Assembly (NCBI GenBank): GCA_963723515.1
Contig: CAVRQT010000003.1
Coordinates: 64,001-128,000, forward strand
DNA: 64,000 nucleotides
Direction of reading: 5' to 3'
From: Vulcanimicrobiota bacterium
GTDB taxonomy: Bacteria; Vulcanimicrobiota; Vulcanimicrobiia; Vulcanimicrobiales; Vulcanimicrobiaceae
In this document: positions 59,976-64,000 of the stretch, piece by piece
Position numbering within the stretch: the stretch's first letter is position 1
Layout: every line of letters starts with the position of its first letter
Position numbers and translations under genes: made by a program
Notes under the pieces: generated by a model
Told to the model about the DNA's origin: nothing
Databases searched by the model: none
What the model saw: only the letters and a program-made list of their open reading frames with translations

Positions 59976-60023
59976 TCTGCGATATCTACCGGAACGCGCG
60001 GCAGCAAGTTTCGTCCATGGCAT

Positions 60024-60037
60024 CGAACGTACGTTCG
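60024..60037. promoter_or_regulatory. LexA (SOS) box, GAAC-N4-GTTC type
   Basis: Perfect palindrome CGAACGTACGTTCG, 3 bp before the likely Lhr ATG. Confidence 0.75.
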
Positions 60038-60040
60038 TTC

Positions 60041-62644
60041 ATGGCTGACGTCTTCGGAACGCTGCACCCGATCGTGGCGGGCTGGTGCCGCGAGCACTTG
60101 GTTGAGCCCACGATGCCGCAGCGAGAGGCGCTGCCTCTGGGCGTCAAACTGCGCACCTTTCTGCTCTCATCTCCAACGGGCACCGGCAAGACCTTAGCCG
60201 CCTTTCTTCCTTTAATGAGCCGCTTAGCGGAACGCCGCGACGCCGATGAGTTGCTGCCGCGGACCTACGGCCTCTACGTCTCTCCTCTCCGGGCGCTCAG
60301 TTATGACGTCGAGCACAATCTGCGCGTGCCGTTGCGCGAAATGGGGTTGCTCGAGCGGCCCAATTCGGAGCGCGCCAAGCTCCGAAGGGGCCGCATCCGC
60401 GAATCAGTGGTCCGCACGGCGGTTCGAACGAGCGACACGCCGCTGGAAGAACGCCGCCTCATGCTCAGACGGCCTCCGCATCTGTTGCTGACGACGCCGG
60501 AATCGCTTGCGGTCATGCTGGCGATGGACTCCTATCGTAAGGCCCTTCGATTTGTTGAAACCGTGGTGGTTGATGAGGTACATGCGCTCGGCGGCAATAA
60601 GCGCGGCGCGCAACTGAGCCTGCTCTTAGAGTCGCTTGAGGAGTTGGTTGCCGCACCGTTCAATCGCATCGGGCTCTCCGCGACTGCCAGCCCGCTCGAA
60701 CGCATCGCCGAATTCTTGGCCGGCGTCGGACGCGCATGTGAGATCGTTGACGCTCGCGGTTTGCGTTCGGTTCAGGTGCGTGTCGATGCGCCCTTCGAAG
60801 GTGCAATGGCGCCGCTCGCAACGGTTGCGCGCGCCGCTTCTGATCTTACGCGCGAGGTCCGCTCCGCGCTCGTCTTCACGAACGTTCGCAGTCAAGCGGA
60901 GCTGATCGGCCACGAGATGGCGCAGCTCGAGGAGGTGCCCGAGCACGTTGAAATCGCCGGCGACGTTCCTCGGCGTCGCGAGGGAACGCGCATCGGCGTC
61001 CATCATAGTGCGCTCGAACGGAACGTCCGCCATCGGATCGAGGCCGCGTTGCGCGACGGAAAGTTGCACACCGTCGTCTGCAGTTCGAGCTTAGAACTGG
61101 GGGTCGACATCGGCTTCATGGATCGCGTCATCATCGTTGGCGGAGCGCGCGGCATTACGGCGACGCTGCAGCGTATTGGACGATCGGGGCACCGCCCGAA
61201 CGCAATCGCGGATGGTGTCGTGATCGCTCAAGATCGCGATGATATCATTGAAGCGGCGGCGACCAAACGGTGCATTGCCGACGGCACGATCGAAGCGATT
61301 GAAATACCCGCTGCACCGCTCGACGTGCTCGCGCAATGGCTCGTCGGAAGCGTCGTACCTCGCCGTCGAGCGCAGGTGAACGATCTGTTGCGAATCGCTC
61401 GCCGAGCGTATCCGTTCCGCGAACTTGAAGAATCGGATCTGCGCGCTTGCGCGCGGTATCTCTCCGGCCAAGGCGTCGGCTCCGAGCGGGCGCACGTGCG
61501 GCGCATCGGCTATGACGGGCATGCGCTCTATGGACTTGGACGCGATGTGTCAGCAGCATTCTTTGAAAATGTCGGAACGATTCCGGACGAGGCGCAGACC
61601 GTCGTCCGCGCACGCGAGGGCACCGACATCGGCCGTGTCGAGGAAGCGTTTCGGGATCAACTGCACGTCGGTGATGTCTTGCTGCTCGCCGGGCGAACGT
61701 TTGAAATCAAGGAAGTCCGTCGAGGGGGAGTTGTCGTTGAACCGGTCTCCGCGAAGCCGACCGTCCCGCAGTGGAGCTCGCATCTGCGCGGTATTTCGAA
61801 GCCGCTGGCGCTTGAAATCGATCGCCTTCGCAGCGGTGTAGCGCAGCGTTTAACGAGCACCTCTGCGGCTCGCGAGTGGTTGCAGCGCCGATACGGCTTG
61901 CGGGAATGGGAAGCGCGCCACGTCGTTGGATACCTCGCGCAGCAAGCCGCGATCTCTGCGATTCCGCAGCTGCAAGAGCCGATCGTCGAGATCTATCGGA
62001 TGAGCGGCCGCCAAACCGCCGTCTTTCACACCGGCGCCGGGCGCCGGATCAACGAAACGCTCGGGCGCGCTGTCGGCGCACGGCTCTTCCGATTTGCCCG
62101 GACCAATACGCAGCTGACAACCGACGACGGCGGCTTCATGCTGACCTTACCGCGCGGCAAAACGATTCCGGACGCCGTCTGGGCGTCGATGCTGCACGTG
62201 GAGCATTTCGAGCGCGATCTGCTCGAAGGTCTGCAATCGTCGCATCTGATCAAGACGAACTTCCGCTACGTTGCAAACACCGGACTCTTAGTGCTGCGGC
62301 GTGCCGGTGGTCGAGCGCTGCGGCGCCGCGCGCTCTCATGGAATGCGGCCGAAATTCTGGGGCGCGTGAAGAACGCCGATCCCGATTTCGTCTTGTTGCG
62401 GGAAACCATCCGCACCGTCACTCGTGATCTGCTCGATGCGCCCGGCGCGCTCGAATATCTCAATGCGCTCAAAGGTGAGCCGCGCGTTCTGCATCCGCCG
62501 GCTGCCTCGCCGTTTACATTCGGGATCGTCACGTCGAGCTTCGGCGATTCGATCGTCTTGGAGGAGCGGACGACGATGGTGGAAGCGCTTCACGAACGCG
62601 TGCTAGCCCTTCGGCCCCGCTCAGGACAGGCCTTGGCGCAATGA
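60041..62644 (+). CDS. lhr: Lhr-core SF2 helicase
   Basis: SPTGTGKT, YVSPLRAL, TTPESL, DEVH, GLSAT, HHSAL, SSLELGVD, QRIGRSGH, GTIPD. Confidence 0.9.
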   Translation: MADVFGTLHPIVAGWCREHLVEPTMPQREALPLGVKLRTFLLSSPTGTGKTLAAFLPLMSRLAERRDADELLPRTYGLYVSPLRALSYDVEHNLRVPLREMGLLERPNSERAKLRRGRIRESVVRTAVRTSDTPLEERRLMLRRPPHLLLTTPESLAVMLAMDSYRKALRFVETVVVDEVHALGGNKRGAQLSLLLESLEELVAAPFNRIGLSATASPLERIAEFLAGVGRACEIVDARGLRSVQVRVDAPFEGAMAPLATVARAASDLTREVRSALVFTNVRSQAELIGHEMAQLEEVPEHVEIAGDVPRRREGTRIGVHHSALERNVRHRIEAALRDGKLHTVVCSSSLELGVDIGFMDRVIIVGGARGITATLQRIGRSGHRPNAIADGVVIAQDRDDIIEAAATKRCIADGTIEAIEIPAAPLDVLAQWLVGSVVPRRRAQVNDLLRIARRAYPFRELEESDLRACARYLSGQGVGSERAHVRRIGYDGHALYGLGRDVSAAFFENVGTIPDEAQTVVRAREGTDIGRVEEAFRDQLHVGDVLLLAGRTFEIKEVRRGGVVVEPVSAKPTVPQWSSHLRGISKPLALEIDRLRSGVAQRLTSTSAAREWLQRRYGLREWEARHVVGYLAQQAAISAIPQLQEPIVEIYRMSGRQTAVFHTGAGRRINETLGRAVGARLFRFARTNTQLTTDDGGFMLTLPRGKTIPDAVWASMLHVEHFERDLLEGLQSSHLIKTNFRYVANTGLLVLRRAGGRALRRRALSWNAAEILGRVKNADPDFVLLRETIRTVTRDLLDAPGALEYLNALKGEPRVLHPPAASPFTFGIVTSSFGDSIVLEERTTMVEALHERVLALRPRSGQALAQ
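62607..62631 (-). repeat. REP-like copy encoding the Lhr C-terminus
   Basis: Reverse complement GCCTGTCCTGAGCGGGGCCGAAGGG; translated as LRPRSGQA. Confidence 0.7.
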
Positions 62645-63399
62645 CGGCGTCGCAGCAGCTCCAACAGCATCAACTTTTCGCCGGCGTCGCAGCCCTTAGC
62701 AGCGGCATGCTGTGGTTTGAGGCCACACGCACCCTGGTTGGCGCCGACGTGCATCTCGGCTACGAGGAGGTAATCGGCGGAGCGCTGCCCCTGTGGAGCA
62801 CGACGCCATCGATCGATGCGCTATGCGACGCCGCGAGGCAGTTGCAAGCGCAGCACGTCGTGCTTTTAGGCGACGTTATTCACGGCGTTGAGATGAGCGA
62901 CGGTGCCAGACGGCGCATTACGCGCGCGCTGCGAACGCTCCGGTCGCGCGCGCACTTGCAGATCATCGCCGGGAACCACGAAGGAAGATCGCGCGGCGTC
63001 GCCGTTCTCGGAGAAACGTACGAACGGCTGGAAAGCAACGGCTGGGTGCTGATGCACGGCGACCGTCCGACGAACGAGAATCGCGCGGTCATCGGCCATC
63101 TTCACCCGAGCATTCACTTGGGCGGCGGCCAATCGGTACCCGTGTTCTTGGCATCACCGCAACTGATCGTCGTGCCGGCGATGACACCGTATTCGATCGG
63201 CCTCGACGTCCGCTCCGATGATTGTGCTGCCTCACTTGCGATGTGGCGCCTGCGCCCCAGTGATTTTCAGGTTATCGCCTCGGTGCCATCGGGTCTGTTT
63301 GCATTGGGAAGTTTGGCGGCGCTGCGTTCCGCGCAGCATCGGTCGGATGGTGCATCCGGGCGAGGATTTCATCGAAAATTTCTGCAGCCGGATCGCTAG
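62641..63399 (+). CDS. Lhr-associated metallophosphoesterase (MPE/PdeM-like)
   Basis: ADVHLG, LGDVIH, GNHE, MHGD, GHLHP; ATGA overlap with lhr. Confidence 0.85.
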   Translation: MTASQQLQQHQLFAGVAALSSGMLWFEATRTLVGADVHLGYEEVIGGALPLWSTTPSIDALCDAARQLQAQHVVLLGDVIHGVEMSDGARRRITRALRTLRSRAHLQIIAGNHEGRSRGVAVLGETYERLESNGWVLMHGDRPTNENRAVIGHLHPSIHLGGGQSVPVFLASPQLIVVPAMTPYSIGLDVRSDDCAASLAMWRLRPSDFQVIASVPSGLFALGSLAALRSAQHRSDGASGRGFHRKFLQPDR

Positions 63400-63935
63400 C
63401 GTAGGGTATCGAGTATCGTATAGACGGCGGCCACTTGGGTTGCCGATTCGATCGCGCCACGGCGCAGCAAATCGTGCAGTTGAGCGAGCGACACGACTTC
63501 GACCTCGATGTCTTCAGCCGGATCGAGTTTCTGCGCGAGCTCGTGGCGCACGCCGCGAGCGAGAAACAGGTGCATCAGCGTCGTTGAATTGGTAGGATCC
63601 GGAACGAAGGTTCGAACGAGCTCGAGCGAGTCGGCGACATAGCCGGTTTCCTCAGCCAATTCGCGCACGGCGGCTTCCTGCGGCGACTCGCCGTCGTCGA
63701 TAAAGCCGCTCGGTAACTCCAGCACGGAGCGTCGAATGCCGTACTTGAATTGCCGCACCAGAATGACTTTTTCGTCATTCGTGAGAGCAAAGATCGAGCT
63801 GAAGCCGCGCGTTTCACGAACGTAGTAGTCGTCGATGATCGCGCCGCTGGCCAGTTCGATCGTGTCTTTGCGCAATCGCATGTACGGTGAATCGATCACA
63901 TACGAGGACGCCAGCACCCGCCATTTGTGGTTCAT
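63396..63935 (-). CDS. Nudix hydrolase (ADP-ribose pyrophosphatase-like)
   Basis: Nudix box GFIDDGESPQEAAVRELAEETG; LVRQFKY. Confidence 0.92.
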   Translation of the reverse strand: MNHKWRVLASSYVIDSPYMRLRKDTIELASGAIIDDYYVRETRGFSSIFALTNDEKVILVRQFKYGIRRSVLELPSGFIDDGESPQEAAVRELAEETGYVADSLELVRTFVPDPTNSTTLMHLFLARGVRHELAQKLDPAEDIEVEVVSLAQLHDLLRRGAIESATQVAAVYTILDTLR

Positions 63936-64000
63936 GATCGCTCTGCAACATTCCCCATGGAGCGGCGCGATACACATGTTGGTGGTAAGGACCGCCGGAC

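Overview
A GC-rich bacterial chromosome segment of mostly core genes, with no prophage, CRISPR array or intact transposase. Gene content (Firmicutes-like apt-relA and rpsF-ssb-rpsR-rplI-lonC-dnaB blocks alongside diderm envelope genes and many orphan secreted proteins) suggests a Terrabacteria lineage such as Ca. Eremiobacterota; this is inference only. About 14 single-base frameshifts split otherwise intact genes, which points to an unpolished long-read assembly rather than pseudogenes. Most notable observations: (1) a photoactive-yellow-protein (PYP) homologue whose chromophore-binding Cys69 is Trp, overlapping a DprA-like gene and a divergent HemL-like gene; (2) a dispersed ~24-bp REP-like repeat at four loci, once nested in itself, once tandem, always overlapping coding sequence; (3) a 98-aa, 47% Lys+Arg histone/protamine-like protein next to a 166-bp MITE-like element; (4) a FolK fusion to an archaeal-type MptA cyclohydrolase; (5) an Mrp/ApbC ATPase that lacks its C-terminal CxxC but carries an N-terminal CxxC domain; (6) a perfect Gram-positive-type LexA box before an Lhr/MPE operon and a SigB-type promoter before an RsbW-like gene. 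Family assignments come from motif recognition by eye; no database search was run.
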